This document shows, one piece after another, positions 18,705-29,051 of a stretch of 64,000 bases of DNA. A program made the position numbers and the translations under genes. The notes beneath the pieces were generated by a model. That model was not told the DNA's origin and did not search any database. It was given only the letters and a program-made list of their open reading frames with translations. Within the stretch, counting starts at the first letter, position 1. Each line of letters begins with the position of its first letter. The DNA is from Syntrophorhabdaceae bacterium (GTDB lineage Bacteria > Desulfobacterota > Deferrimicrobia > Deferrimicrobiales > Deferrimicrobiaceae): assembly GCA_009783195.1 (NCBI GenBank), contig WRHP01000002.1, positions 4,612 through 68,611 of the forward strand. Direction: 5' to 3'.

Positions 18705-19730
18705 TTATATATCATTCATCGAATTACATGTCACGAAACGCAGTTTCTTCCCGCATGAGGCGCATTGGTTCCCGGACAGCCCCGAAGAATCCGCGCGGAA
18801 GCCGTTCCTGTACACGACTATTGCCCGGCAGTTCGGGCAAACGGTATTTACCGTTTCGGGAAGGTTGGCATTTCCAATATATACGTATGGAAGCCGCTCC
18901 CTGGCGGCGCGCCATGCCGCCTCTAAACGCGCGATTGGCGTCGGGGGCGACGTGGCCCGAAACCGAGGGAAGTAACGGGAAAAGTGGAGCGGGATTTCGG
19001 GGTCTGTTTCCGCGATGAAGTCGATCACTTTGCGGATATGGGCGTCGCTGTCATTGCGCTCCGTGTACATAAGCGCGGTAACCTCGACATGGGTTTTAGC
19101 GGCGGCTACGCGGATGGTTTCAAGCACCGGGGCGAGATCTCCACGGCATGCCTCCCGGTAAAACTCCTGGTCCATCGACTTGAGGTCTATGTTCATCGCG
19201 TCCGTGAGCGGAAGCAGTTCTTCAAGCGGCTCCGGCATGATGTATCCGTTTGTAACCAGCACGTTTTTCATTCCCGCGGCGCGAAACGCTTTTGAGCAGT
19301 CCATGATGAACTCGAACTGGATAAGCGGCTCATTGTAGGTATAAGCGATGCCGATAGATCCCGCTTTGCGCGCGGAGGCGACCAGATCGCGGATCTGTAC
19401 TTCATCGAGCCTCGGATGTTCGTGGATCAGATGCTGGTTCTGGCAGAACTCGCAGCGTAAGTTGCAGCCGTATGATCCGACGGACAAGATGGAAGCGCCG
19501 GGATGAAAGTGGTACAGCGGTTTTTTTTCAATCGGGTCCACCATCAAGGCGGCGGCCTTGCCGTAGGTTGACGCGATCAGTTTTCCGTCCATGTTTTCAC
19601 GGACGCGGCAGATTCCGGCCGTCCCCGCGGCGATCCGGCAGCGATGCGGACACAGCATGCACCGGGCCGCGCTTTCTTCGGCTATCCAGTGCGAGGCGGT
19701 TTTTATTTCAGTGCCTGATGTTGAATCCAT
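18705..19730 (-). CDS. AmmeMemoRadiSam-system-type radical SAM enzyme (PflA-like activase fold)
   Basis: N-terminal CMLCPHRCRI..G..GICRVREN..GKL....YGK......DPIEKKPLYHF.PG. The radical SAM cluster motif is GCNLRCEFCQN. C-terminal CPNC...CASCG zinc ribbon. Start ATG 19730; TTG 19772 is an alternative. Confidence 0.85.
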   Translation of the reverse strand: MDSTSGTEIKTASHWIAEESAARCMLCPHRCRIAAGTAGICRVRENMDGKLIASTYGKAAALMVDPIEKKPLYHFHPGASILSVGSYGCNLRCEFCQNQHLIHEHPRLDEVQIRDLVASARKAGSIGIAYTYNEPLIQFEFIMDCSKAFRAAGMKNVLVTNGYIMPEPLEELLPLTDAMNIDLKSMDQEFYREACRGDLAPVLETIRVAAAKTHVEVTALMYTERNDSDAHIRKVIDFIAETDPEIPLHFSRYFPRFRATSPPTPIARLEAAWRAARERLPYVYIGNANLPETVNTVCPNCRAIVVYRNGFRADSSGLSGNQCASCGKKLRFVTCNSMNDI

Positions 19731-19989
19731 GAAAGGTTTCTGTTGGTGTCCGCCACGAGACGGCCATATCAATCACATGCGCCATTGGCGGGCCTGTTCG
19801 CATGAAGCCGACGACTTTCTCCACCGCGTTTTGCTTGCCCTGGAGCACAGCCTCCACCTGCCGCTCCGGAAGGTTGCGAACCCAGCCGTGAACCCCCGCT
19901 TTCATGGCTGTTTCCGCGGTATGGGCGCGAAACGAAACCCCCTGGACGCGCCCGGAAACGATTACGCGCGCTTCGACGATATCCGACAT
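19708..19989 (-). CDS. acyP: Acylphosphatase
   Basis: VSGRVQGVSFRAHTAETAMKAGVHGWVRNLPERQVEAVLQG is the acylphosphatase signature. The start is ambiguous among several Met codons (19989-20007). Confidence 0.85.
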   Translation of the reverse strand: MSDIVEARVIVSGRVQGVSFRAHTAETAMKAGVHGWVRNLPERQVEAVLQGKQNAVEKVVGFMRTGPPMAHVIDMAVSWRTPTETFHGFNIRH

Positions 19990-20003
19990 CCCCATCATCT
20001 CCA

Positions 20004-22025
20004 TCAATTTTTTTCGTCCAACATCTTTATGAATTCGCTTTCCGTCAAGACGGTGATTCCGAGCTGTTTTGCCTTCGCAAGCTTTGATCCGGGGTCCTCT
20101 CCGGTTACGAGAAAATTCACCTTCGCGCTTATGCCCGCGGCGATATTTCCGCCCTCCTTCCGGACCCGCTCCTGGGCCAGGGCTCGCGGCATCGACAGCG
20201 TTCCGGTGAAAAGGAAGATTTTGCCGGCAACGTTGCCGCTTTTTGTTTCGGACGCAAGCAAAGTCACTTCCCGCAGCAACCGCTCCAGCGATTTGGTCTC
20301 TTCCTGGGACGCGAAAAACCGGCGGATGGATTCCGCGACTTCCGTTCCTACCTCATGCACAGCCATCAGTTCGTCCTCGCTTGCGTTTCCAAGCGCCTCC
20401 ACGGACCGAAACCGGCGGGCCAAAACATCCGCCAGATGTTCCCCCACATGCGGGATTCCAAGGGCGTACAGGAACCGGGAAAGAGAAACTTTGCGGCTTT
20501 TTTCGATTTCTCGAATCAGGTTGTCGGCTGATTTTTCCCCAAGCCGGTCCATCTCCGCAAGCGTTTCCCGGTCAAGACGGTAAAAGTCGGCCGGCTCCGT
20601 GACAAGTCCCTTGTCCGCCAGGGCGGAAACGATCATGGTCCCAAGCCCGGCGATATCCATGGCGTTTCGCGAAACGAAATGTCTTAAAGAGCGTTTTTTC
20701 TTTTCGGCGCATCCGGCGCCGGCGCATCGGTGCGCCGATTCTCCAGGCGCCCGTTTCACGGCGGACCCGCAAGCGGGGCAGCGATCAGGCATAAAGAACC
20801 GTTCGCCGCGCTCTGTTGAGCCGTCTTTTGCGGACAACGATTCAACGATTTCGGGTATCACTTCGCCCGCGCGCTGAACCAGCACCCGGTCGCCCACCCG
20901 GATATCTTTGGCGTCGATCATGTCCTGATTGTGCAGGGTTGCTTTGCGTACGGTGACGCCGCGCACGACGACGGGGGAAAGAAAGGCGACGGGGGTCAGT
21001 ATCCCCGTCCGTCCGACGAATACGGCAATATCTTCGACGGTAGTCTGCGCCTGATCAGGCGAGAACTTTGCGGCGATGGCCCATCGTGGAAACCGTGAAA
21101 TCTCGCCCAGTTCTTTTTGCAGGGAGGCGTCATTTACTTTTATGACGACGCCGTCGATTTCATACGGGAGTTTTTCCTTTTCCGCATCCATCTCGCGGTA
21201 AAAGTCTACAGCTTCGTTAATAGTAGGGCATTGCCGGATGCCGCGCCTGTTTACGGGGAACCCCGACCCTTCGAGCAGATCAAGCTCTTCCGAGTGACTT
21301 CCAATGGCGGCGCCTTCGACGCGTCCGGTTCCGTAAACCCACAAATGGAGCCGGCGGCTTGCCGTGATAGATGGATCGAGCTGGCGGAGCGATCCCGCGG
21401 CGGCGTTTCTCGGATTGGCAAACACCGGCTCTCCGTCGCGCTCCCTTCCGCGATTAAGGGCGGCAAAATCCTGCCTGGTCATATAGATCTCCCCCCGCAC
21501 CTCAAGCAAGGCGGGACCGTTGCGGATTTGCATGGGGAGATCTCCGATTGTTCGCAGATTGCTTGTGACATCCTCTCCGCGAGTTCCGTCTCCGCGGGTG
21601 GCGCCGCGCGCAAACTTTCCGTGTTCATAGACAAGCTCGATGGCGAGCCCGTCGATTTTGGTTTCCGCGACGTAGCCGCTTTGGTCGAGGGCATTTTCGG
21701 ATATGCCGCGCGTTTTCAGGAAGCGCCGGGTACGGCGGTCAAACTCCAGCAGTTCTTCCCCGGAGAAGGCGTTTGCAAGGGACAGCATCGGGATGTCGCG
21801 GATGACGGCCCCAAACGCGGCGACCGGCTCGGCGCCGACACGCTGCGTTGGGGAATCGGGGTCAAAAGCTTCCGGGTGTCTGGCTTCGAGTGCGACAAGC
21901 TCTTTGAACAGAGCGTCATACTCCGCGTCGGACACCTCCGGCGCGTCTTCCCGGTAGTACCGGTCGTTGTGATGCCGTATGGCCTTGCGAAGCTCTTCTA
22001 TGCGCGCCGTATCGTCCATGTTCAT
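20004..22025 (-). CDS. ligA: NAD-dependent DNA ligase LigA
   Basis: The adenylation motif KIDGLAIEL, the Zn finger CPACGS...C....CAEKK, HhH repeats and a C-terminal BRCT (GKIFLFTGTLS) are all present. Confidence 0.97.
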   Translation of the reverse strand: MNMDDTARIEELRKAIRHHNDRYYREDAPEVSDAEYDALFKELVALEARHPEAFDPDSPTQRVGAEPVAAFGAVIRDIPMLSLANAFSGEELLEFDRRTRRFLKTRGISENALDQSGYVAETKIDGLAIELVYEHGKFARGATRGDGTRGEDVTSNLRTIGDLPMQIRNGPALLEVRGEIYMTRQDFAALNRGRERDGEPVFANPRNAAAGSLRQLDPSITASRRLHLWVYGTGRVEGAAIGSHSEELDLLEGSGFPVNRRGIRQCPTINEAVDFYREMDAEKEKLPYEIDGVVIKVNDASLQKELGEISRFPRWAIAAKFSPDQAQTTVEDIAVFVGRTGILTPVAFLSPVVVRGVTVRKATLHNQDMIDAKDIRVGDRVLVQRAGEVIPEIVESLSAKDGSTERGERFFMPDRCPACGSAVKRAPGESAHRCAGAGCAEKKKRSLRHFVSRNAMDIAGLGTMIVSALADKGLVTEPADFYRLDRETLAEMDRLGEKSADNLIREIEKSRKVSLSRFLYALGIPHVGEHLADVLARRFRSVEALGNASEDELMAVHEVGTEVAESIRRFFASQEETKSLERLLREVTLLASETKSGNVAGKIFLFTGTLSMPRALAQERVRKEGGNIAAGISAKVNFLVTGEDPGSKLAKAKQLGITVLTESEFIKMLDEKN

Positions 22026-22064
22026 ACCGTTAGGCGTGATACCAAAGCGGACGCGGCGGGCCTC

Positions 22065-23255
22065 TTACGCCTCTTCCAGAGCGGCAAGACCCGGAAGCCG
22101 CTTGCCTTCGAGCAGTTCCAGAAACGCGCCGCCGCCCGTGGAGACGTAAGACATTTTGGAAAACAGCCCCGCCTTGTTAAGGGCGGTGTCGGTGTCGCCT
22201 CCGCCAACGATAGTAGTTGCGCTGCTATCCGCCAGCGCCTGCATTACCGCCAGCGTGCCTCCGCCAAATTGCGGCGATTCGAAGACGCCCATGGGGCCGT
22301 TCCATACGATTGTTTTGGCGTCGTTCAAGGCTTCCTTGAACAGGCGGCAGGTTTCCGGGCCGATGTCGAGCGCCATCATATCTTCGGGGATTTCTTTCAC
22401 GGACACGCTCTTGACGATGGAGGGAGATTCGAGCTGATCGGCGACCACAACATCGATCGGGAGATAGAAACCTGCTTTTTGCTGTTCGGCTTTGGCCAGC
22501 ACCTGTTTTGCCGTGTCTATCATCTCGGCTTCGTACAGCGATTTTCCGACGCCAAACCCCTGAGCGGCAAAGAAAGTGTTCGCCATCGCGCCTCCGATCA
22601 GGATCTTGTCAACTTTGCCGAGTACGTTGTTTATCGCGTCGATCTTGCCGGAGATCTTGGCGCCGCCAAATACGGCCGCCAGCGGGCGAGCCGGCGAGAC
22701 AAGAGCTTTTTCGAAGTAGGTGATCTCGTCCTTCATCAGCAGTCCGGCCGCGCGTTCTTTGACGAATTTCAGGATCGCCACGTTTGAGGAGTGGCCGCGG
22801 TGCGCGGTGGCGAAAGCGTCGTTGACGTAAACATCGCAGAAAGCGGCAAGCTTTTTCCCGAACTCTTCGCTGTTTTTTTCTTCTTCGGGATAGAAGCGGA
22901 CATTTTCCAGTAAAAGGACATCGCCCGGCTTCATGGCCGCCACCGCCCGCTCCACCGTTTCGCCCACGCAGTCGTTGACAAATGTTACGGGTTTGCCGAG
23001 GTACTTGGAGAGGATCGGCGCGACCGGGGCCAGACTCTTGTCCGGCGACGGCCCCCCTTTGGGGCGTCCGAGGTGAGATACCAGGATTGTTTTTGCCCCT
23101 TTATCCATCGCGGTCCGGATCGTTGGGACTGCCGCTCTTATCCGGGTGTCTTCGACGACATTGCCGGAAGCCTTGTCGATCGGCACGTTGAAGTCGACGC
23201 GGATGAGCGTTTTTTTACCGGCAAGGTCGAGTTGGTCCACGGTCCGGATTTTCAT
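22065..23255 (-). CDS. pgk: Phosphoglycerate kinase
   Basis: MKIRTVDQLDLAGKKTLIRVDFNVP...ILVSHLGRPKG...GGGDT... I place the start at ATG 23255 with an AGGAGG SD; the track start at 23303 is longer. Confidence 0.96.
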   Translation of the reverse strand: MKIRTVDQLDLAGKKTLIRVDFNVPIDKASGNVVEDTRIRAAVPTIRTAMDKGAKTILVSHLGRPKGGPSPDKSLAPVAPILSKYLGKPVTFVNDCVGETVERAVAAMKPGDVLLLENVRFYPEEEKNSEEFGKKLAAFCDVYVNDAFATAHRGHSSNVAILKFVKERAAGLLMKDEITYFEKALVSPARPLAAVFGGAKISGKIDAINNVLGKVDKILIGGAMANTFFAAQGFGVGKSLYEAEMIDTAKQVLAKAEQQKAGFYLPIDVVVADQLESPSIVKSVSVKEIPEDMMALDIGPETCRLFKEALNDAKTIVWNGPMGVFESPQFGGGTLAVMQALADSSATTIVGGGDTDTALNKAGLFSKMSYVSTGGGAFLELLEGKRLPGLAALEEA

Positions 23256-23368
23256 TGTCGTGCCTCCTTGGTCTGGCGAAAGGTATGGTGGCTCATTTTT
23301 CAAAATACTCTATCAAAAACGCATAAAATCGCCATGTGAGGTTATTTGATCCCGGAAAGGTATTTTCA

Positions 23369-26300
23369 ATGCGAAATTGTTGCGTTCCCAAGCTGTTTGC
23401 GAGATTTCTTCCTGTCCTGTGGCTGTTTTTTGCCATTGCCGCTTACGGGGGGGAGACCGTATCGGTCGATCTCTTTAATCCGGAAGGCGCGGCTCGCGGG
23501 GTTCGGCAGGCGATGTCGCGGTTTACTGAAGCGATCGTGCCGTTTGGCGACCCTCGAATTTCGGATCCCTTCGATGCTTTTTGCACGGGAGATGTCAGGG
23601 GACGGGGAAGATGGGCCGACGACCGCAACTGGGTTTATGATTTCGAGGAAGATCTTCCCGCGGGTATCCGGTGCTCCTTTACGCTCAAGCCTGAATTGCG
23701 CTCCGTTTCCGGAAAACCGGTAAAAGGACGCCGCGAATTCGTGTTTGACACGGGCGGCCCCATGATCATGAAGTCTGATCCTTACGAAGGCAGCGGACGG
23801 ATCAACGAGAACCAGGCGTTTGTCCTGATGCTTGACGCTGCCGCGGATGAGCAATCGATTCTTTCAAACGTCTATTTTTCCGTTGCGGGAATTGTAGAGG
23901 CGGTTTCGCCAAAGATTGTCCGTGGAAAGGACCGGGAAGCGCTGATTGAGGCAAGTCACGCCAAATGGTGGAGAAAAAATGATCCGAAGCTGGATTCAAA
24001 GATTGTGATTCTCATGCCGACCCGCTCGTTTCCTTTGGATTCGAATGTGACCCTGTGGTGGGGCGCGGGAGTGCGGACCGTCACAGGCATTCAAACGACG
24101 GAAGCAAAGGAAAGGGCCTTCAGGACGCGTAATGCGTTTTCTGTGTCTTTCCAGTGCAACCGGTTGGAGAAAGGCGACAATTGCGTGCCTGTCCTGCCTA
24201 TGCGGGTCGGATTTTCCGATCCGGTACGCAAGGAACTTGCGGAAAAAATTGTTTTGCGCGGGCCTGGTGGAAAAACGTGGAAACCATCTTTTTCTGGAGG
24301 GGAGGAGCATGCGTTCTCCCTGATTAATTATCTGGTGTTTCCGGGGCCGTTTCCAGAGGAGGCCGGGTTTAAGGTTGAACTTCCGCCCGACCTGGTCGAT
24401 GACGACGGCCGGGTTCCGGTCAACAGGAACAAGTTCCCGCTGTCTGTGGCTACGGGCCCGTTTCCTCCCTTGGTCAAATTTGCCGCGCCGTTTGGAATAG
24501 TGGAGAGCCGGGAAGGCGCGGCGCTTCCTCTGACCGTTCGCAATGTCGAGGCGCAAGTGAAGGGGCAAAGGCTCGATGTTCATATGAGCGGCAGGGCGCA
24601 GGCTTTCCGCGCTGGCGATGAGGGGCGGATTGTCGAGTGGCTTCGCAAGGTAGGGCAGTCGCAATGGAAAAAAGAAAGCAGGCGTGTTCAGCTTCTGCCG
24701 GGAGGAGAGAAAACAACGGAGTTCTCCATTCCGAAACCGGGAGGGGAAAAGGCGTTCGAAGTGATGGGGATTCCGCTTTCCGAGCCTGGTTTCTACGTTG
24801 TGGAGGTCAAGAGCGAGCGGTTGGGCAAGGCGCTGCTTGGAGGCGACCCCATGTATGTAAGGGCCGCGGCGCTGGTTACAAACCTCTCCGCTCATTTCAA
24901 AAATGGGAGGGAATCATCCCTTGTCTGGGTTACATCGCTGGATCGGGGAGAGCCGGTGGAGATGGCTGACGTTACTGTCAGAGACTCCGCGGGCAAGGTT
25001 CTATGGGAGGGGAAGACCAACAGCGAAGGGGTGGCCAGGATAGAGGAATCTCTTCCGAGGCAGCCGTATCGGAGTGAATGCTTTCCGAATTGCGGTTACT
25101 TTGTCACCGCGTCCAAAGGAAAAGACATGACGTTTGTTTTATCCGAATGGACAGATGGGATCGAGCCGTACCGGTTCAGGCTTCCCGCGGCATATATTTA
25201 CGATCCTGTGATCGCCCACACGGTATTCGACCGGCTGCTTTTTAAGGCCGGCGAGACGGTGAACATGAAGCATTTCCTGCGGCTTCACAGGCTCAAAGGA
25301 CTTTTCTCCGTCGAAGGGGGGCTTCCTTCCAGGGTTTTTGTGCGGCATGAGGGCAGCGACCAGAAGTTCGAAGCGCCGATCTCGTGGTCTTCCGATGGTT
25401 CCGCCGTGTCCGAGTGGGCGATCCCGAAGGATGCAAAACTCGGGGTGTACTCCGTGTCTCTGAAGGGGGGCCAAGCCGATTACCATGCGGGAGAGTTTCG
25501 CGTAGAGGAGTACCGCGTGCCGCTGATGAAGGGATCCATCAATACGGTCGGCGGTACGAAGGCCGGCGAGAGCGAGATAGAGCTCGACCTTATGCTCTCC
25601 TACCTTTCAGGCGGAGGGGCGGGAGGCGCCGAGGTCCAGCTACGGACGCACATTTTTCCAAAGCATGTCCATTTCCCTGAATACGGCGATTTTATGTTCT
25701 CCAGTGGCCGGATTGCAGAGGGGATATCAAAGCGGGAGTCCGACGACTCCTACTGGATGGAATACGAAGACCGGGAGCGGGAAGACGGGGGAAGGAGCGC
25801 GTATGGCGCCGCGCCCGGCAAATCCGCCATTCAGACGCGCACCCTTGTCCTTGATGATTTCGGCGTTCTTAGAACGAAGGTAGGGAGATTTTCTCCTTCC
25901 GCGTCAGCGCGGGATCTTATGGCGGAACTTGAATACATGGATCCCAACGGCGAGATTCAGACTGTTTCCACGCGCGTGCCTCTTTGGCCTTCCCGCGTAC
26001 TGCTTGGCATCAAGCCGGATTCTTGGGCGGCTTCGAAAGACGCGCTCAAGTTTCAGGTTCTGGCCCTGGATCTTTCAAGGACTCCGGTGAAGGACGTAAA
26101 GGTGTCGGTTGAAATGCTTCAGAGGAAATCTTATTCCCACCGTAAACGGCTGCTCGGGGGGATGTACTCCTACGAACACATAAGCGAAGTCGTCAAGATC
26201 GGCGCGATTTGCGACGGGACGACCGACGCGCTCGGACTGTTAACCTGCGAAACCAAATCGCCGGTTTCCGGAAATGTAATCATTCAGGCATCGGCGTCGG

Positions 26301-29038
26301 ACGGGGATGGAAATGCGTCGTTTGCCAACCGGGATGTATGGGTCGCAGGGAAAGACGACTGGTGGTTTGATGCCTCCAACGACGACAGGATAGATCTGCT
26401 GCCGGAGAAGAAGCGATATGAGCCGGGAGACAACGCCGTTTTCCAGGTCCGGATGCCTTTCCGTGAGGCCACGGCTCTTATAACCGTGGAGAGGGAAGGG
26501 ATTGCGGATGTCTATGTGAGGAAGCTCTCCGGAAAATCGCCGGTCGTGGAGATTCCGATAAAGCCGCATTACGCTCCGAACGTCTATGTGTCTGTTCTCT
26601 GTATCCGGGGGCGGGTGGATGGCATTGCTCCCACCTCAATGGTGGATCTTGCCAAGCCCGCGTTCAAACTTGGGATAGCAGGGATCGATGTCGGCTGGAG
26701 AGCCCACGAGATGAAGGTCGAGGTGAAGCCGGAGCGGGATGTTTTCCGCGTAAGAGAGAAGGCGAAGGTGAAAATCCGCGCACAGCGCGCGGATGGTGGC
26801 GCGCTGCCTGAAGGGACCGAGGCTGTCGTTACGGCGGTGGACGAAGGGATCCTTGAGCTTGCGCCCAACGGGAGCTGGAAGCTTCTTGATGCGATGATGA
26901 ATCGCCGAAGCTGTGAGGTCACAACATCAACATCCCAGATGCAGGTGATAGGCAAGCGGCATTTCGGCCTCAAGGCGCTGCCGCAGGGAGGCGGCGGAGG
27001 GCAGCAGCAGGCGCGTGAACATTTCGACTCGCTTTTGTTCTGGAACGCGCGTGTTCCGCTGAATGCTGATGGAGAAGCCGAGGTGGAGATTCCGCTTAAC
27101 GACTCCATCACATCGTTTCGCATCGTTGCTGTGGCAAGCGGCGGCACGGAGCTCTTCGGGACGGGAGAGGCGTCCATACGCTCCACACAGGATCTCGTGG
27201 TGATGTCCGGGCTGCCGCCGGTGGTTCGGGAAGGGGACAAATTCCGCGCGGGCTTTACTGTGCGCAACGCATCGGAAAAGGCGATGAAGGTTCAGGTTGA
27301 CGCCCGGATGGCGTCTCGCGTTAAAGATGACTCCCTTCCGGCTGTCTTCCTGGAACTTGAGCCGGGGCAGGCTCACGAGGCGGCGTGGGACATGACCGTT
27401 CCAGCCGACGCCGGCACGCTTTCATGGGATGTGTCGGCTTTCACGGGAGACAAAGATTCATCCGACCGGATTCGCGTGACGCAGAGCGTAAAACCCGCCG
27501 TTCCGGTGCGGATTTTCCAGGCGACGCTTGCGCAGGTCGCGGAGCCGCTGGATATGAAGGTGCGCCTCCCGTCCGGGGCGCTTGCCGGGCGCGGCGGCGT
27601 GGAAGTGGCGATGCGCTCGAAGTTGTCAGATGGAATGAGCGGCGTGACTCATTACATGTCCAGGTACCCATATACCTGCCTTGAACAGCTGTTGTCCCGC
27701 GCGGTGGTGTTGAGGGATGAAGCCCTTTGGAACGAAATCGTCTCGAAGATACCGTCTTATCTGGACCGCGACGGGCTGGCGAAGTATTTCCCAGGTATGG
27801 GAAAAGGAAGCGATGCTCTTACCTCTTACATACTTTCCATAGCGAACGAGGCCGGCTGGAAGATTCCGGACGCCTCGCTTGAACGGATGATCAACGGGCT
27901 GGAAGGGTTCGTCGCAGAACGTGTCGTCCGGCATGGGGCCATCCCGTCGGCTGATCTGCCTATCCGGAAGATGGCCGCGCTGGAGGCGCTTTCGCGGTAC
28001 GGAAAAGCGGATGTGTCGAGCATAGACACGATCAAGCCTGATCCGCATCTTTGGCCTACCTCGGGCGTGATCGACTGGCTGAACGTTCTTTTGCGGGTCA
28101 AAGGTATCCCCAATCGGGATAAGCGGATCGCGGAGGCGGAAAGCGTTCTCCGGTCCAGGATGAACTTCCAGGGGACGGCGATGAGGTTTTCCACCGAGGG
28201 AAGAGACCATCTTTGCTGGCTGATGGTATCGGTGGATTCCAACTCCGTGCGGGCGCTGACCGCCCTGATGGGCCGCCCTGGATGGAAAGAGGATATTCCG
28301 CGCATGGTTCGCGGCGCGGTGGGACGTCAGCAAAAAGGCTCGTGGAGTACGACCGTGGCCAACGCATGGGGCATTCTGGCGATGGAGAAGTTTTCGAAGA
28401 TATACGAGTCGGAAGCCGTCTCCGGGAAGAGCATGATTTCGCTTGACGACATACGGGCGTCAGTGGATTGGGAAAAGAATACTAAAGGGAACAGCGTAAT
28501 GCTCCCATGGCCCCAAAAAGAAGGAACTTTGAATGTATCCCATGCTGGGAAAGGACGCCCTTGGGCGACGGTGAGCTCTCTGGTGGCGCTGCCGCTGAAC
28601 AAGCCGTTTTCCAGCGGATACGAGATAAAAAAGACCATGGCTCCGGTGCAGCAGAAGAAAAAAGGAATTTGGAGCCGCGGAGACGTTGTCCGCGTGACGC
28701 TTTCGCTTGACGCGCAGGCCGACGAGTCGTGGGTTGTAGTGAATGATCCGATTCCCGCGGGCGCGACGATTTTGGGGTCGGGGCTTGGGCGCGACTCGAA
28801 ACTGCTTACACAAGGGGAACAGGGAAGCGGGTGGGCTTGGCCCGCGTTTACAGAGCGCTCCCATGAGGCGTTTCGCGCGTATTACGAGTTTACGCCAAAG
28901 GGTAAATGGGTCGTGGAATACACCGTGCGGCTTAACAACGAGGGAACATTCCTTCTTCCGCCGACGCGTGTCGAGGCGCTTTATTCTCCGGAGATGTTCG
29001 GAGAGTATCCCAACCCCCGATTCGTCGTGTCGCAATAG
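23369..29038 (+). CDS. Bacterial alpha-2-macroglobulin family protein (YfhM/ECAM-like) with thioester motif
   Basis: About 1889 aa with an N-terminal signal or anchor (FLPVLWLFFAIAAYG). It has long MG-domain-like beta-rich repeats and a thioester site YPYTCLEQ (Cys codon 27677-27679). pbpC follows 13 nt later, the classic A2M-PBP1C pair. Confidence 0.9.
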   Translation: MRNCCVPKLFARFLPVLWLFFAIAAYGGETVSVDLFNPEGAARGVRQAMSRFTEAIVPFGDPRISDPFDAFCTGDVRGRGRWADDRNWVYDFEEDLPAGIRCSFTLKPELRSVSGKPVKGRREFVFDTGGPMIMKSDPYEGSGRINENQAFVLMLDAAADEQSILSNVYFSVAGIVEAVSPKIVRGKDREALIEASHAKWWRKNDPKLDSKIVILMPTRSFPLDSNVTLWWGAGVRTVTGIQTTEAKERAFRTRNAFSVSFQCNRLEKGDNCVPVLPMRVGFSDPVRKELAEKIVLRGPGGKTWKPSFSGGEEHAFSLINYLVFPGPFPEEAGFKVELPPDLVDDDGRVPVNRNKFPLSVATGPFPPLVKFAAPFGIVESREGAALPLTVRNVEAQVKGQRLDVHMSGRAQAFRAGDEGRIVEWLRKVGQSQWKKESRRVQLLPGGEKTTEFSIPKPGGEKAFEVMGIPLSEPGFYVVEVKSERLGKALLGGDPMYVRAAALVTNLSAHFKNGRESSLVWVTSLDRGEPVEMADVTVRDSAGKVLWEGKTNSEGVARIEESLPRQPYRSECFPNCGYFVTASKGKDMTFVLSEWTDGIEPYRFRLPAAYIYDPVIAHTVFDRLLFKAGETVNMKHFLRLHRLKGLFSVEGGLPSRVFVRHEGSDQKFEAPISWSSDGSAVSEWAIPKDAKLGVYSVSLKGGQADYHAGEFRVEEYRVPLMKGSINTVGGTKAGESEIELDLMLSYLSGGGAGGAEVQLRTHIFPKHVHFPEYGDFMFSSGRIAEGISKRESDDSYWMEYEDREREDGGRSAYGAAPGKSAIQTRTLVLDDFGVLRTKVGRFSPSASARDLMAELEYMDPNGEIQTVSTRVPLWPSRVLLGIKPDSWAASKDALKFQVLALDLSRTPVKDVKVSVEMLQRKSYSHRKRLLGGMYSYEHISEVVKIGAICDGTTDALGLLTCETKSPVSGNVIIQASASDGDGNASFANRDVWVAGKDDWWFDASNDDRIDLLPEKKRYEPGDNAVFQVRMPFREATALITVEREGIADVYVRKLSGKSPVVEIPIKPHYAPNVYVSVLCIRGRVDGIAPTSMVDLAKPAFKLGIAGIDVGWRAHEMKVEVKPERDVFRVREKAKVKIRAQRADGGALPEGTEAVVTAVDEGILELAPNGSWKLLDAMMNRRSCEVTTSTSQMQVIGKRHFGLKALPQGGGGGQQQAREHFDSLLFWNARVPLNADGEAEVEIPLNDSITSFRIVAVASGGTELFGTGEASIRSTQDLVVMSGLPPVVREGDKFRAGFTVRNASEKAMKVQVDARMASRVKDDSLPAVFLELEPGQAHEAAWDMTVPADAGTLSWDVSAFTGDKDSSDRIRVTQSVKPAVPVRIFQATLAQVAEPLDMKVRLPSGALAGRGGVEVAMRSKLSDGMSGVTHYMSRYPYTCLEQLLSRAVVLRDEALWNEIVSKIPSYLDRDGLAKYFPGMGKGSDALTSYILSIANEAGWKIPDASLERMINGLEGFVAERVVRHGAIPSADLPIRKMAALEALSRYGKADVSSIDTIKPDPHLWPTSGVIDWLNVLLRVKGIPNRDKRIAEAESVLRSRMNFQGTAMRFSTEGRDHLCWLMVSVDSNSVRALTALMGRPGWKEDIPRMVRGAVGRQQKGSWSTTVANAWGILAMEKFSKIYESEAVSGKSMISLDDIRASVDWEKNTKGNSVMLPWPQKEGTLNVSHAGKGRPWATVSSLVALPLNKPFSSGYEIKKTMAPVQQKKKGIWSRGDVVRVTLSLDAQADESWVVVNDPIPAGATILGSGLGRDSKLLTQGEQGSGWAWPAFTERSHEAFRAYYEFTPKGKWVVEYTVRLNNEGTFLLPPTRVEALYSPEMFGEYPNPRFVVSQ

Positions 29039-29051
29039 GTTTTAAAGGGCG

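Noticed and set aside
21117-22787. 556-aa ORF on the + strand
   Set aside because: It lies entirely antisense to ligA and pgk, both unambiguous conserved genes. Its translation is low-complexity and rich in R/G/A/F/V, typical of the antisense frame of GC-rich coding DNA. It has no recognisable motifs.
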